From assembly GCA_963735805.1 (NCBI GenBank), contig CAVTMK010000002.1, forward strand, positions 576,001 to 640,000: DNA of 64,000 nucleotides, in the 5' to 3' direction. Shown piece by piece: positions 1 to 10,443 of this stretch. Source of the stretch: an uncultured Verrucomicrobiae bacterium (GTDB taxonomy: Bacteria > Verrucomicrobiota > Verrucomicrobiia > Chthoniobacterales > UBA10450). Under the pieces are notes generated by a model that was not told the DNA's origin, did no database searches, and saw only the letters and a program-made list of their open reading frames with translations. Positions within the stretch are counted from its first letter, which is position 1. Every line of letters starts with the position of its first letter. The position numbers and the translations under genes are program-made.

Positions 1-13
1 TCCCGACGAAACA

Positions 14-1771
14 GTGAGAATCAACCATTTTCTCTCCGAGCTGAAGCGTCGAAATGTCTACAAAGTTGCCGTCGCGTACATCGTTGCCGGCTGGGCATTG
101 GCGCAAGGAATTGCGCAGGTTTTTCCAGTTTTCTATGTTCCGAATTGGGCAATTCAATTAGTAGTTGTTTTGATCGTCGTCGGTTTTCCGGTCGCAGTCG
201 TGCTCGCGTGGGCATTTGAGATCACCCCTGAGGGAATCAAACGAACCGAAGATGTCGATATTACGCAGCCACATTCAATCGGTGGCGCTTGGATCTACAT
301 AGTCGTCATTAGCGTGTTTGTCTCCGTGGGCCTGTTTTTCCTTGGCCGCTATACGGCTGGAAATGCAATGCCCCGACCGAGCGAAACGGCCTTGGCGAAT
401 TCTAAAAAGTCAATCGCTGTCCTGCCGTTGGTTAATGAAAGCGGCGATCCATCCGACGACTATTTCTCCGACGGACTATCAGAGGAACTGATTGCAGCGT
501 TGGGACAAATCAAAAATCTCAAAGTGATCGGTCGCAGTTCTTCGTTTCGTTTCAAAGATAGAAAAGAGGAACCCAAAGTTATTGGCGAAAAGCTCGGTGT
601 GAGCACGCTCCTGGAAGGCACCGTGCGAAAGCAGGGGAACAAGGTGCGAATTGTTGCCGAGCTGATTAAGGCCGCGGATGGAACGGAGCTGTGGTCGCGA
701 ATTTTCGATCGTGAACTCAAGGACATTTTCGCAGTTCAAACCGAAATCGCTCAGGCTGTGGCTGCATCACTGGAGCTCACATTGCTTGGGGATAAAGACA
801 TAACCGCCGCAAGTGCTTCGACGCAAAATGCAGAAGCGCACAACGCGTATCTGCAGGGCCATTTTTATTTCGCAAGGCGAAATGTGGAGGATTACCGGAA
901 GGCGATCAGCTTCTTCGATGAGGCGATTCGAATTGATCCTGATTACGCTTTGGCTTATGCGGAGCGCGCTGAAGCCTGGACGTTCATCGGCGATTTGAGC
1001 CCCGAACAAAAGAAGGAGGCCTGGGCTGCGGCTAAAAGGGATGCCGAGAAGGCGGTCAAGGTCGGCCCTGACCTGGCGGAGGCGCACGCGGCTTTGGGTT
1101 GGGTTCGTTTTTTTTGCGAATGGAAATTTGCCGAAGGCCTTTCCGAACTGAAGCGTGCAAGAGAGCTTGCGCCTGCAAATCCGACTGCGAACGATCTGCT
1201 GGCGCGGGTGTTGATCTACGTAAACCAAATAGCAGAAGCCGAGAAACTAGCGCGCCAGGCAGTCGAACTTGATCCGCTCGCTTATTTAGCGCGAGGGAAT
1301 CTCGCCCGGATCCTGCTGGCCGAAGGCAAACTAGACGAGGCTGATGCGGAGGCGCGGAAAGCTGCAGAACTGCAACCGACCGGCGCAGGTAACCACCGCT
1401 GGCAAGTCACCGTGGCAGTCCTGCGTGGTGACGGGGAGACCGCCTTGCACGAAGCTCAGCTTGAGCCTAACGACGGTTACCGGCGCTTCGAACTCGCGCT
1501 TGCATATTATGCGCGAGGGGATCGAGCAGCCGCGGACGCAGCGCTGGCCGGCATGGTCGCCAACGACAGAAACCTGTTGGCTTACCAAATTGCTGAGGTT
1601 TACGCCTGGCGCGGCGAAACGGATAAGGCCTTCGAGTGGTTGCAAATCTCGTACGATAATCATGACACCGGACTACTCAGTCTCTTAATCGATCCGCTGA
1701 TGCGCGGTCTGCGCGGCGATCCCCGTTACAAAGACATGATTGAGAAAGTGGGTTTGCCAACGCCGCCATGA
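14..1771 (+). CDS. Membrane-anchored TolB-like/TPR domain protein
   Basis: N-terminal FLSELKRRNVYKVAVAY module with 3 TM segments; KSIAVLPLVNES...YFSDGLSEELI TolB-like (FlgO-like) domain; TPR repeats; ends LRGDPRY. Confidence 0.85.
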   Translation: MRINHFLSELKRRNVYKVAVAYIVAGWALAQGIAQVFPVFYVPNWAIQLVVVLIVVGFPVAVVLAWAFEITPEGIKRTEDVDITQPHSIGGAWIYIVVISVFVSVGLFFLGRYTAGNAMPRPSETALANSKKSIAVLPLVNESGDPSDDYFSDGLSEELIAALGQIKNLKVIGRSSSFRFKDRKEEPKVIGEKLGVSTLLEGTVRKQGNKVRIVAELIKAADGTELWSRIFDRELKDIFAVQTEIAQAVAASLELTLLGDKDITAASASTQNAEAHNAYLQGHFYFARRNVEDYRKAISFFDEAIRIDPDYALAYAERAEAWTFIGDLSPEQKKEAWAAAKRDAEKAVKVGPDLAEAHAALGWVRFFCEWKFAEGLSELKRARELAPANPTANDLLARVLIYVNQIAEAEKLARQAVELDPLAYLARGNLARILLAEGKLDEADAEARKAAELQPTGAGNHRWQVTVAVLRGDGETALHEAQLEPNDGYRRFELALAYYARGDRAAADAALAGMVANDRNLLAYQIAEVYAWRGETDKAFEWLQISYDNHDTGLLSLLIDPLMRGLRGDPRYKDMIEKVGLPTPP

Positions 1772-1834
1772 GCGCACGCAATTTCTTTCCCGAGTTGAAG
1801 GAGTCGCAATGTCTACAAGGTCGCGATCGCGTAT
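1768..1834 (+). pseudogene. Frameshifted remnant of a FFxELKRRNVYKVAIAY N-terminal module
   Basis: ATG overlaps the upstream stop (ATGA); reads MSARNFFPELK, then after a +1 shift SRNVYKVAIAY, after which similarity is lost. Confidence 0.7.
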
Positions 1835-1925
1835 GATGGCGTTCGCAATGTGTCAGCCAATGCGTAACAGTGCCCGTCCAAAAGAAGTGCTCAGCGTCAA
1901 GACGACCTGGCGCTAGCGATTGCTT

Positions 1926-4361
1926 ATGTCGGCCGAACATTCCTTAGAAGTGAAATTCGAGATCGGGCACGTCCTGTTCATCGATATCGTGGGCTACTCG
2001 AAATTGCTCATCACTGAGCAGAGCGATCAGCTGCAAACGCTTCGCCAAATCATCCGTGGCACCGAGCAGTTTAAGAAAGCCGAAGCAGAAGGTAAACTGC
2101 TTCGTCTACCAACCGGCGACGGCGGTGCGCTGGTGTTTCAAAACAGTCCGGAAGCACCGGTCCTATGCGCGCTGGAAATCAGCCAGGCACTTAAGAGCCA
2201 TCCGGAACTGAAGGTGCGCATGGGTATTCACAGCGGGCCTGTTAACGAAATTACCGACCTCAACGAGCAGGCCAATATTGCCGGGGCTGGAATCAATATT
2301 GCCCAGCGGATCATGGACTGCGGAGACGCAGGCCACATTTTGCTCTCACGCCATGTTGCGGACGATCTCGAACACTATCCGCAATGGCGCTCGCATCTTG
2401 CTGAGCTGGGGGAATGTGAAGTGAAACATGGCAGCCGCGTTTCGGTTGTAAACCTGTATACCGAAGATGCCGGTAACGCCGCACCGCCCACGCGCCTGGC
2501 AGCGAAGAAAGCCTCCTCGTCTTCAGGCAAACGACTGACTACTTTTCAGATTCTCGCGCTGGCTGCGCTCCTTTTGATCGGTATCGGGGTTCCCGCTATC
2601 ATTTTCTCTCCGGCGATTTTGAAGTCGCTGCGTTCTGATGCCTCCGGACATTCCAGAGATGCGTCACTGCCTGTTCCCGAAAAGAGCATCGCGGTGTTGC
2701 CGTTCGAAAACCTGAGCGATGACAAACAAAACGCGTTTTTTGCCGACGGAATTCAGGATGAAGTTCTCACCAATCTCGCCAAGGTCGCCGATCTGAAAGT
2801 GATCAGCCGCACGAGTGTGGGGCAATACAAGGCCGCGGCAACACGGAATCTGCGAGAAATTGGCCAGGCGCTCGGGGTAGCTCACGTTCTGGAAGGGAGC
2901 GTTCAGCGAGTCGCGAACAAGGTTCGAGTCAATGCGCAGCTGATCGACGCCCGTAACGATGCGCATCTGTGGGCGCAAACCTACACTCGCGATCTGGCTG
3001 ACGTGTTTGGAATCCAAAGCGAAATCGCCGAAGCCATCGCGCAACAATTGCAGGCGCATTTGTCCGCTGATGAGAAAGCGCGAATCGCGAAACCATCTAC
3101 GACCGACCCGGTGGCGTACGATCTCTATCTGCGGGCGCGACAACTCGACGATCTGGCGAACGATCCGGACGCAAAGGGGTACCTGCTTCAGGGCATCAGC
3201 CTGTTGGAGGAAGCGGTCCGGCGCGATCCGAAATTCCTGCGTGCGTACTGTCTGATGTGCGAAACTCACCTCGATTTGTACTGGGGCGGGGCTGACCACA
3301 CCGACCAGCGACGCGAACTGGCCCGAATCGCTCTGCAAAAAGCTGAAGAAATCCAGCCGGACGCGGGCGAAGTTCATGCGCAGAAAGGCCTTTATTTGTA
3401 CCACGGTTTCCGTGACTACGATCGGGCGCTGACCGAACTCGAAATTGCTAAACGGCTTCTGCCTAACGAGGCGCGGATCTACGTAACCATAGGCGCCGTG
3501 GACCGCCGAACGGCGCGGTGGCAGGAAGCGGAGACAAATTTCGGGCGCGCTGTGGAATTGGATCCGCGCAATTTTATCGTGGCCATGGAAGCGGCCTCCA
3601 CGTCTCAAGGCATGCGCCGCTACACTGAAGCGAGGCGTTTATATGAGCGATCGCTTACTATCCTGCCAAACAATCCCTTTGCTCGCTTTCTTCTTGGCTT
3701 CAATTTCTTCGGCGAAACCGGTGACGTTGCAGCGTTGCGAAAGCAATTAGACTTGGTAGCGCAGCAGGGTCCGGAGGCCGAACGCAGCGTTGCATTCCCG
3801 CTCGTTTATTGCAGCTGGATGCAGCGGGATCGAGCCGCCGCCGAAAAGGCAGTGGCACTGATTCCAGCGGAAGGCATCGCCAACAGCCTCGATGAAGCGC
3901 TTGTACCTCGCGAATATTGCGTCGGACGCACGGCATGGCTCTTCGGCGATAAGGAATTGGCGCAGGCGGCGCTCGGATCCGCACGGGCGATTTTCGAGCG
4001 CATCACGCGTGAACAACCAGACTATCCGCAGGCGTGGGCATACCTCGGCCTAACGGATGCCATGCTCGGCCGGCAAAGTGAAGCGATCCAGGAAGGAAAA
4101 CGCGCCTGTGAAATCCTGCCTTACACGAAAGATTCCTGGATCGCACCGACATTCATGACTTACCTCGCCGCGATTTATGCCATGTGCGGCGAGAAAGAAG
4201 CGGCGCTGCAACAACTGAAGATGTCGGCCGAACTTCCGGTCGGCATCACCTACGGTGAGCTCAAGCAAAGCCCCGAGTGGGATTCACTGCGGGGCGATCC
4301 GCGATTCGAGCAAATCGTCGCGTCGTTTAAACCGACAAACGCCATCTCCGCCGCCAAGTGA
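1926..4361 (+). CDS. Class III adenylate/guanylate cyclase-like domain + TM + TolB-like + TPR protein
   Basis: VLFIDIVGYS, TGDG, RMGIHSGPV and GINIAQRI cyclase motifs; KSIAVLPFENLS; TPRs. Confidence 0.85.
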   Translation: MSAEHSLEVKFEIGHVLFIDIVGYSKLLITEQSDQLQTLRQIIRGTEQFKKAEAEGKLLRLPTGDGGALVFQNSPEAPVLCALEISQALKSHPELKVRMGIHSGPVNEITDLNEQANIAGAGINIAQRIMDCGDAGHILLSRHVADDLEHYPQWRSHLAELGECEVKHGSRVSVVNLYTEDAGNAAPPTRLAAKKASSSSGKRLTTFQILALAALLLIGIGVPAIIFSPAILKSLRSDASGHSRDASLPVPEKSIAVLPFENLSDDKQNAFFADGIQDEVLTNLAKVADLKVISRTSVGQYKAAATRNLREIGQALGVAHVLEGSVQRVANKVRVNAQLIDARNDAHLWAQTYTRDLADVFGIQSEIAEAIAQQLQAHLSADEKARIAKPSTTDPVAYDLYLRARQLDDLANDPDAKGYLLQGISLLEEAVRRDPKFLRAYCLMCETHLDLYWGGADHTDQRRELARIALQKAEEIQPDAGEVHAQKGLYLYHGFRDYDRALTELEIAKRLLPNEARIYVTIGAVDRRTARWQEAETNFGRAVELDPRNFIVAMEAASTSQGMRRYTEARRLYERSLTILPNNPFARFLLGFNFFGETGDVAALRKQLDLVAQQGPEAERSVAFPLVYCSWMQRDRAAAEKAVALIPAEGIANSLDEALVPREYCVGRTAWLFGDKELAQAALGSARAIFERITREQPDYPQAWAYLGLTDAMLGRQSEAIQEGKRACEILPYTKDSWIAPTFMTYLAAIYAMCGEKEAALQQLKMSAELPVGITYGELKQSPEWDSLRGDPRFEQIVASFKPTNAISAAK

Positions 4362-6667
4362 AGATGGCAAGCTTCTTTTCCGAGCTAAAGCGACGTCACG
4401 TTGATAAAGTCGCGCTCACGTATGCGGTTGTCGCGTGGCTGCTGATTGAAGCTGCTTCGATTCTTCTGCCGAAGTTCGACGCGCCTGCGTGGGTAATGGA
4501 GACACTCATCGTAGTCCTCGCGCTTGGTTTCATTATTTCCGTGTTCATCTCCTGGTCTTTTGAGATGACGCCGGAAGGCATGAAACGAACGGCGGAGGTC
4601 ACGCCGGGCGAAGTGCTTCCCTACTGGAGCAAACGGAAGTTTCTCACGTTTGTTATCGGCACGGCTGTTATTGCCTTTGCTCTGCTTGCGTACCAGTTTT
4701 TGTGGCCCGAAGGCGGGCGCCGCCTGTCGACAAAACAACGCACCGACAAAGTCATTATTCAGGGTAACACGGCTGGCACCCAAACCGTCGAAACGCAGTC
4801 CGACGGCACAGTACGCGCTGAATACTCCTACAACGATCGCGGCCGCGGCGATCATATCACTGCAACCTGGAAACTCGACAGCGCGGGCGTGCTGATCGCT
4901 TACGACGGCCATGGCAATGATTACATGAAGGCGCCGGTCGAAGAACATTTCGAAATAAGTGACGGTCGAGCGAGCTGGAAGAACCGCAGCGAACAAGGCG
5001 ATCAAGCCATCTCTGGCCAAGCTTTCTACCTGCCGATGAATTCGCCGCCGGAGATCTTGGCTGTGCTGGCACGTGCGCTATTGAAGGCGCCGAACCACAA
5101 ACTTCCACTTCTTCCTGCAGGCGAGGCAACGATTGAACAGGCAGGTAAAGTGACTTCCGGCAGTAATGTTTTCACCGAATATCGCATCACTGGTCTCGGG
5201 TTTTCGCCGCAAACGATCTGGTTAGATCATAACGGCGCATCGGTATCTGTGTCGTCGTGGTTTTCAGTCGTGCCGAATGGTTCCGACTCTTCAGTGGCGC
5301 GATTGCGCGAAGAACAGAAAAAAACCGACGCCGCATGGTCGACGCGCATTGCTCGCGCGCTCGCCCACACGCCGCGCGGCGAGCTGGTCATTCGCGACGC
5401 GCGCTTGTTCGATCCACGCGATCTTAGTGTCACGCCGGGAACAAGCGTTCTGATCGACGGCGAGCGCATTGTGCGAGTGGGACCGGACGCGGACGTTAAA
5501 CCATCTGCAAACGCCGAGGTCATCGACGCGCAGGGACGCTTCCTCATGCCGGGCCTCTGGGATAATCACCAGCATTTCAGCGACAACGACGGGGCGCTCG
5601 ACCTGGCGACGGGCGTGACCAGCGCGCGAGATATGGCCAATGATACCGATGACTTTCTTCAACGCGTCGCGCGATTCGACGATGGCACCGAGCTTGGGCC
5701 GCGGGTTCTGAAAGCGGGAATCATCGACGGCACAGGCGAATTTGCAGGTCCTACCAAGATGCGGGTCGATACCGCCGAACAGGCCATTGAAGACGTCGAT
5801 TGGTATGCCGACCACGGCTACGTCCAAATTAAGATTTATTCATCGGTTAAGCCGGAGCTGGTTCCGATTATCGCCGATCATGCGCATGCGCGGGGACTAC
5901 GCGTGAGCGGGCACGTTCCCGCCTTCATGTCAGCGCGCCAGTTCGTCGAAAGCGGCGCAGATGAAATCCAGCATCTCAATTTTATCGTGCTCAACTTCCT
6001 GTTTCCCGAAGTGAAAGAGACGCGCAATCGTGATCGCTTTATCAAAGTTGCCGAGCACGCCGGCGAATTTACTCCCGACAAACCCGAAGTCCGCGCCTTC
6101 ATTAATTTTCTCAAAGAGCATCATACGGTGCTCGATCCGACGATGAGCGTCTTTGAAGCTCTGTTTTGCGGCGATCCCACCGCGATCTCGCCCGGCCTGG
6201 AAGCCATCGTGCCTCGTTTTCCGCCGCAGGTTCGGCGCGCGATGCGGAGCGGAGCGCTGGAGGTTCCTGCGGACAAACAGGCGGCGTATCGCGAAGCGTT
6301 CCCGGCGATGTTGCGCTTACTCAAAGCAATTTACGACGCAGGCGTGACGATTATCCCGGGGACGGATGCGCTGTCTGGATACACCCTCCACCACGAGCTC
6401 GAACTTTATGCGCGCGCTGGGATCCCTCCGGCTGAAGTCCTGCGAATGGCAACATGGACGCCAGCTCTGGTGATGGGTGTTGACAAAGACCGCGGTGTCA
6501 TTGCCCCGGGAAAACTGGCCGACATGATTCTCGTAGATGGCGACCCGGCAAAAGACATTCGCGACATCAACAAGATCACGACTGTAATTAAAGGTGGAAA
6601 AGTGTACGACCCGGCGGCGATCGAAAAAGCGCTTGGTATCGCGCCTCCCGCAAGTGCTGCCCAATAA
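4358..6667 (+). CDS. Amidohydrolase-family protein with N-terminal ELKRR membrane module
   Basis: MPGLWDNHQH metal motif, GTD, PGKLADMILVDGDP; N-terminus FFSELKRRHVDKVALTY plus 3 TM. Confidence 0.85.
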   Translation: MKMASFFSELKRRHVDKVALTYAVVAWLLIEAASILLPKFDAPAWVMETLIVVLALGFIISVFISWSFEMTPEGMKRTAEVTPGEVLPYWSKRKFLTFVIGTAVIAFALLAYQFLWPEGGRRLSTKQRTDKVIIQGNTAGTQTVETQSDGTVRAEYSYNDRGRGDHITATWKLDSAGVLIAYDGHGNDYMKAPVEEHFEISDGRASWKNRSEQGDQAISGQAFYLPMNSPPEILAVLARALLKAPNHKLPLLPAGEATIEQAGKVTSGSNVFTEYRITGLGFSPQTIWLDHNGASVSVSSWFSVVPNGSDSSVARLREEQKKTDAAWSTRIARALAHTPRGELVIRDARLFDPRDLSVTPGTSVLIDGERIVRVGPDADVKPSANAEVIDAQGRFLMPGLWDNHQHFSDNDGALDLATGVTSARDMANDTDDFLQRVARFDDGTELGPRVLKAGIIDGTGEFAGPTKMRVDTAEQAIEDVDWYADHGYVQIKIYSSVKPELVPIIADHAHARGLRVSGHVPAFMSARQFVESGADEIQHLNFIVLNFLFPEVKETRNRDRFIKVAEHAGEFTPDKPEVRAFINFLKEHHTVLDPTMSVFEALFCGDPTAISPGLEAIVPRFPPQVRRAMRSGALEVPADKQAAYREAFPAMLRLLKAIYDAGVTIIPGTDALSGYTLHHELELYARAGIPPAEVLRMATWTPALVMGVDKDRGVIAPGKLADMILVDGDPAKDIRDINKITTVIKGGKVYDPAAIEKALGIAPPASAAQ

Positions 6668-6670
6668 CAT

Positions 6671-7192
6671 ATGAACTGGGAAATGCTGGCGGCGATTGGG
6701 CAATTAATAGCCGCATGTGTCGGAATCCCATCCATCATTTATCTCGCCCTTCAAATCAGGGCTCAAACCAAGGAACGCCACCAATCGGTGGTAAACGCTC
6801 TTACGGTTCAGTGGGGCGATCTAACGAGGTCGTTTCACGACAACGCCGAGTTTTGCGCCATCTATCTTCGCGGCGTGCAGTGCTTCAACGATCTCGATGC
6901 AGTGTCGAAGCTGAGATTTAGCTCGTTCCTCAATCGCTTCTTCAAAAATTTCCAAGCAATGTTTTTCTCGCATCGTGACGGCGTGCTCAGTACTTCGTTA
7001 TGGGGTGAGGTTGAGAGAACGATGAGCGATGTAATTGCCTATCCCGGTGTACAACAGTGGTGGAAGACGCGGAGACATTGGCACACGGAAGAGTTCGGCC
7101 GTGTCATCGACGCGATTATCGCCAGGGGCGACAGGCCCACGGCTTATTCAACGTATAACCTGGGCGAAGCCGGGCCGCCAAAAGATATCTGA
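6671..7192 (+). CDS. Hypothetical protein with N-terminal TM (IYLALQIR family), paralogue of 12404..12922
   Basis: Operonic spacing; shared N-terminal helix and WW/FW-K motif with 12404..12922. Confidence 0.7.
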   Translation: MNWEMLAAIGQLIAACVGIPSIIYLALQIRAQTKERHQSVVNALTVQWGDLTRSFHDNAEFCAIYLRGVQCFNDLDAVSKLRFSSFLNRFFKNFQAMFFSHRDGVLSTSLWGEVERTMSDVIAYPGVQQWWKTRRHWHTEEFGRVIDAIIARGDRPTAYSTYNLGEAGPPKDI

Positions 7193-8166
7193 TGAGCGAG
7201 GTTCGAGAATGGCCGCGAATCGCCGTGGTCGGCGCTGGAGCCGTTGGCGGTTACTTCGGGGGGACCTTGGCTCGAGCGGGCGCACCAACGGTTTTCATTG
7301 GGCGAAAACATTTCGTGGACGCCGTGAACGCGAAAGGCCTTGTTCTGGACAAATCGGAAGGCCAGCAGCAAATCGTTGGCACGGCGACAACCGATATGAG
7401 CGCGGTCCGAGATTGCTCGCTGATTCTGTTTTGCGTAAAAGCACATGCTACCTCGGCGACCGCGGCACAAATGGCTCCATTCGTCAGGCCGGATGCTACC
7501 GTCGTCTGCCTGCAGAACGGCGTCGACAATGCGCAGCGCGTTCGTGCGGCAACAAATATCCTTTCCTTGCCTGCTGTGGTATATGTCGCAGTCTCCGCGC
7601 CGGAGCCGGGACGCGTGAAGCATTTGGCCCGGGGTGATTTGATCATTGGACCGCCATCGGAAAAAACAACGGAAATAGCAAACGTTTTCGATCGGGCAGG
7701 CATTTCGTGCCGAATCTCGGAGAATATCGAAGGCGAACTATGGGTAAAACTACTGTGCAATTGCGCGCTGAACGCAATCTCTGCGTTAGGACGTGTGACC
7801 TATGGCGGAATTATGCAGGACGACAATGCAAGAAAACTGATGGAGGACGTCGTCGATGAAGTGCTGGCGGTGGCTCGGGCCGCTGGCGTCGTTTTGCCGG
7901 GCGTGCGCGACCGCGAGTCGGGGATTGCGGCAGCGACGGAAATTGCGACGCAAATGGCGGACGCGTTCTCTTCGACTGCACAGGATTTGAATCGCCAGCG
8001 GGTGACAGAGATCGACGCATTGAACGGCTATATCGTGCGTCGCGGCGCAGAGATAGGCGTGCAAGTGCCCGTCAACAACGCGTTGTTCACGCTCGTGAAA
8101 TTGGCCGAGCGAAGCAGCGCGATGGTCGACGTTTCTGATCAGCGATCACCTCGCCGCCCGGCGTAG
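7192..8166 (+). CDS. panE: 2-dehydropantoate 2-reductase
   Basis: VVGAGAVGGYFG, FCVKA, LQNG, WVKLLCN, SSTAQD, TEIDALNG motifs. Confidence 0.88.
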   Translation: MSEVREWPRIAVVGAGAVGGYFGGTLARAGAPTVFIGRKHFVDAVNAKGLVLDKSEGQQQIVGTATTDMSAVRDCSLILFCVKAHATSATAAQMAPFVRPDATVVCLQNGVDNAQRVRAATNILSLPAVVYVAVSAPEPGRVKHLARGDLIIGPPSEKTTEIANVFDRAGISCRISENIEGELWVKLLCNCALNAISALGRVTYGGIMQDDNARKLMEDVVDEVLAVARAAGVVLPGVRDRESGIAAATEIATQMADAFSSTAQDLNRQRVTEIDALNGYIVRRGAEIGVQVPVNNALFTLVKLAERSSAMVDVSDQRSPRRPA

Positions 8167-8183
8167 CACACGTGTGTCGCCTG

Positions 8184-8651
8184 TTAACCTTTGTCGTAAA
8201 CGGCTTTGCCGCTGAACTTTTTTCCGTTTGGATCGGTCCCGTTAGTCGTTACCGTGCGCGATTTGCCGTCTGGTGCGACTGTGATTTTACCGCTCCATAC
8301 CACTTTGCCATCCTTTAACGCAGTTATGTCATTGGTGCGGTCGTTTACCGTCTTGTAGGCGACGGCGTTGAGTGACGGACTGCCTTTCAGTGGATAAGCT
8401 TTTCCATCGAACTTACCGACCCAAACGCTGTGCACAGGTTTCCCAGCCTTATCAACGCCGTCCACAGTTATCTTAATTTTGTCTTTCTGCTCTGCGTAAG
8501 TGACTGTCGTATTTTTCCCCATCCCTGGCACGAGCTTCGACTTCGCCTCATTGAGCTTCCAGGTGCCCGTGTGAGGGTTCGCCGCAAGAGAAGCTACTGT
8601 CATCGCAAACGACAGGACGACAGCGATTACTGCAATTCGAGTTTTTAGCAT
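8184..8651 (-). CDS. Secreted hypothetical beta-barrel protein
   Basis: Signal peptide MLKTRIAVIAVVLSFAMTVASLA, then GTWKLNEAKSK; TTGACA just upstream supports the start at 8651. Confidence 0.75.
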   Translation of the reverse strand: MLKTRIAVIAVVLSFAMTVASLAANPHTGTWKLNEAKSKLVPGMGKNTTVTYAEQKDKIKITVDGVDKAGKPVHSVWVGKFDGKAYPLKGSPSLNAVAYKTVNDRTNDITALKDGKVVWSGKITVAPDGKSRTVTTNGTDPNGKKFSGKAVYDKG

Positions 8652-8821
8652 TGGGTGATTGCGCTGGAAACGGCGCGGAATGTCAATAGTCAATTTGAGA
8701 CGCTGAAGAGGCACTCGACCAAGCTGTTCGTGTTCACGCTTTTGCTTTTGTTCTTTCGTCAGCATTCCGTGCTCGCTAATAAAGTCATTGTGGAACCAAC
8801 TCATATGAAGGGAGTGCGGAC

Positions 8822-10435
8822 ATGTTCGTGCTAAGCGAAAGCGATCAAGCCGCGCACAGTAGTTTGGTGACAAAGGTGTGCATCGCGCGAGTTGTCACAA
8901 AAATATTCGTTTGTCTTCTAATCGTCTGCGTCTGGCAAGAGACTGGAGCCGCCGAACCGACCAAGCCCGACCAAGGGTTGGAAACGCGGATTCAGGGTCT
9001 GATCCCTGAGATTGAGCGTTACATCACGAGTGGAATGAAATCCTTCGATGTGCCGGGGTTGGCGATTGGGATCGTCGCGAATGACAAGCTCGTTTATGGC
9101 AAAGGTTTCGGAGTCCGTGCCAAGGAGGGGGACGGCACGGTTGATACCAAGACTGTCTTTCAGATCGGCTCGGCCACCAAAGCCTTTCTCGGCACGACGC
9201 TTGCCATCATGGTCGATCGCGGCCGATTCAAGTGGGACGACAGGGTGGTCGATCTCTATCCGGATTTTCAAATGAAAGACCCCTGGGTCACGCGCGAATT
9301 CCGCGTCTTCGATCTGATCGCCCAACGCTCGAGCCTGCCGCCTTATGCTAACGACATGCTGGGAATGGTCGGGGTCAGCGAGCCTGACATGATTCGCTCC
9401 TTGCGCTATGTCGACCCGGTTTCCAGTTTCCGTTCTACGTTCGCTTATACAAACATCACTCATGTACTGGCCGGTCGGATTGTGGCGAAAGCGGCGGGCG
9501 CTGCGGATTGGAACACGGTTCTGCGCCAGGAATTACTTGAGCCGCTCGGCATGAAAGATTCGTCCTACACAGCCGCGGCCATCGCGACCGCGTCTAATCA
9601 CGCCGAAGGTTACCGTTGGACTCCTCAGGGCACTGTCGCAGTGCCCTTCACACAACTCTTCCCTTATGATTTCGGTGGCGCAGGCGATATCAATTCCAAT
9701 ATCGAGGATACTGCGCGCTGGGTCCGGTTCCAACTGTCCGACGGCATGTTTGAGGGCCGACGTCTTGTGTCGCCGGAGAACCTGGCGCAGACCCGCACAC
9801 CTAAAGTCGCGCTAAACGATAAAGTTTCTTATGCTCTGGGCTGGGTCGTGCAGCAAACGCCGAAAGGCAATATCATTTGGCACAATGGCGGTACGACGAG
9901 CTTCGGTGCGTACGTTGGTTTCGCTCCGGAGACAGGGGTCGGTGTTATAATTCTCACAAACGAAAGCAATGTTGGTTTCCCTGATGCGTTGGGGCTATGG
10001 ACCCTCGATCGGCTGCTCGGCAATCCATCTGTCGATCACGTCGCCAAGACGCTTGAAGCTGCGAAGGCGAAATACGAAGGCACGCAAAAGCAGTTCGCCA
10101 GGCCCAGCAAGCCGCGCTCCTCTCCACCGCTCGCATCGCTTGCCGGTAACTTCGCGAACGGGAGTTTCGGTAAGGCTGTGGTACGGCCGGAAGGCGATGC
10201 ACTGACGATGGAATTTCAAGCTACAGACGCTCAGTTCAAATTGGAACCATGGGATGGCGACGTCTTCGCGGTCCGCGTGATACCGAACGGACGTTTTGCT
10301 GCAATGGCCAAGAACCTTGGCGACGAACCGAACGGATTGGCGCAATTCCAGGCAGACGCCGCCGGCAAGCCCGCGGTATTGCGCATCACCCTTGACGACG
10401 GACAGTCGTACGATTTCCGACGCGAAGCGAAGTAG
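8822..10435 (+). CDS. Serine hydrolase, beta-lactamase/AmpC family with C-terminal DUF3471-like domain
   Basis: SATK (SxxK), YTN (YxN) and HNG motifs; start codon uncertain. Confidence 0.85.
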   Translation: MFVLSESDQAAHSSLVTKVCIARVVTKIFVCLLIVCVWQETGAAEPTKPDQGLETRIQGLIPEIERYITSGMKSFDVPGLAIGIVANDKLVYGKGFGVRAKEGDGTVDTKTVFQIGSATKAFLGTTLAIMVDRGRFKWDDRVVDLYPDFQMKDPWVTREFRVFDLIAQRSSLPPYANDMLGMVGVSEPDMIRSLRYVDPVSSFRSTFAYTNITHVLAGRIVAKAAGAADWNTVLRQELLEPLGMKDSSYTAAAIATASNHAEGYRWTPQGTVAVPFTQLFPYDFGGAGDINSNIEDTARWVRFQLSDGMFEGRRLVSPENLAQTRTPKVALNDKVSYALGWVVQQTPKGNIIWHNGGTTSFGAYVGFAPETGVGVIILTNESNVGFPDALGLWTLDRLLGNPSVDHVAKTLEAAKAKYEGTQKQFARPSKPRSSPPLASLAGNFANGSFGKAVVRPEGDALTMEFQATDAQFKLEPWDGDVFAVRVIPNGRFAAMAKNLGDEPNGLAQFQADAAGKPAVLRITLDDGQSYDFRREAK

Positions 10436-10443
10436 GAGGACAT

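Noticed and set aside
2664..3608. 314-aa antisense ORF and similar long shadow ORFs (e.g. 57229..57897, 15932..16600)
   Set aside because: They lie fully opposite well-supported genes and have no recognisable motifs; expected in GC-rich DNA.
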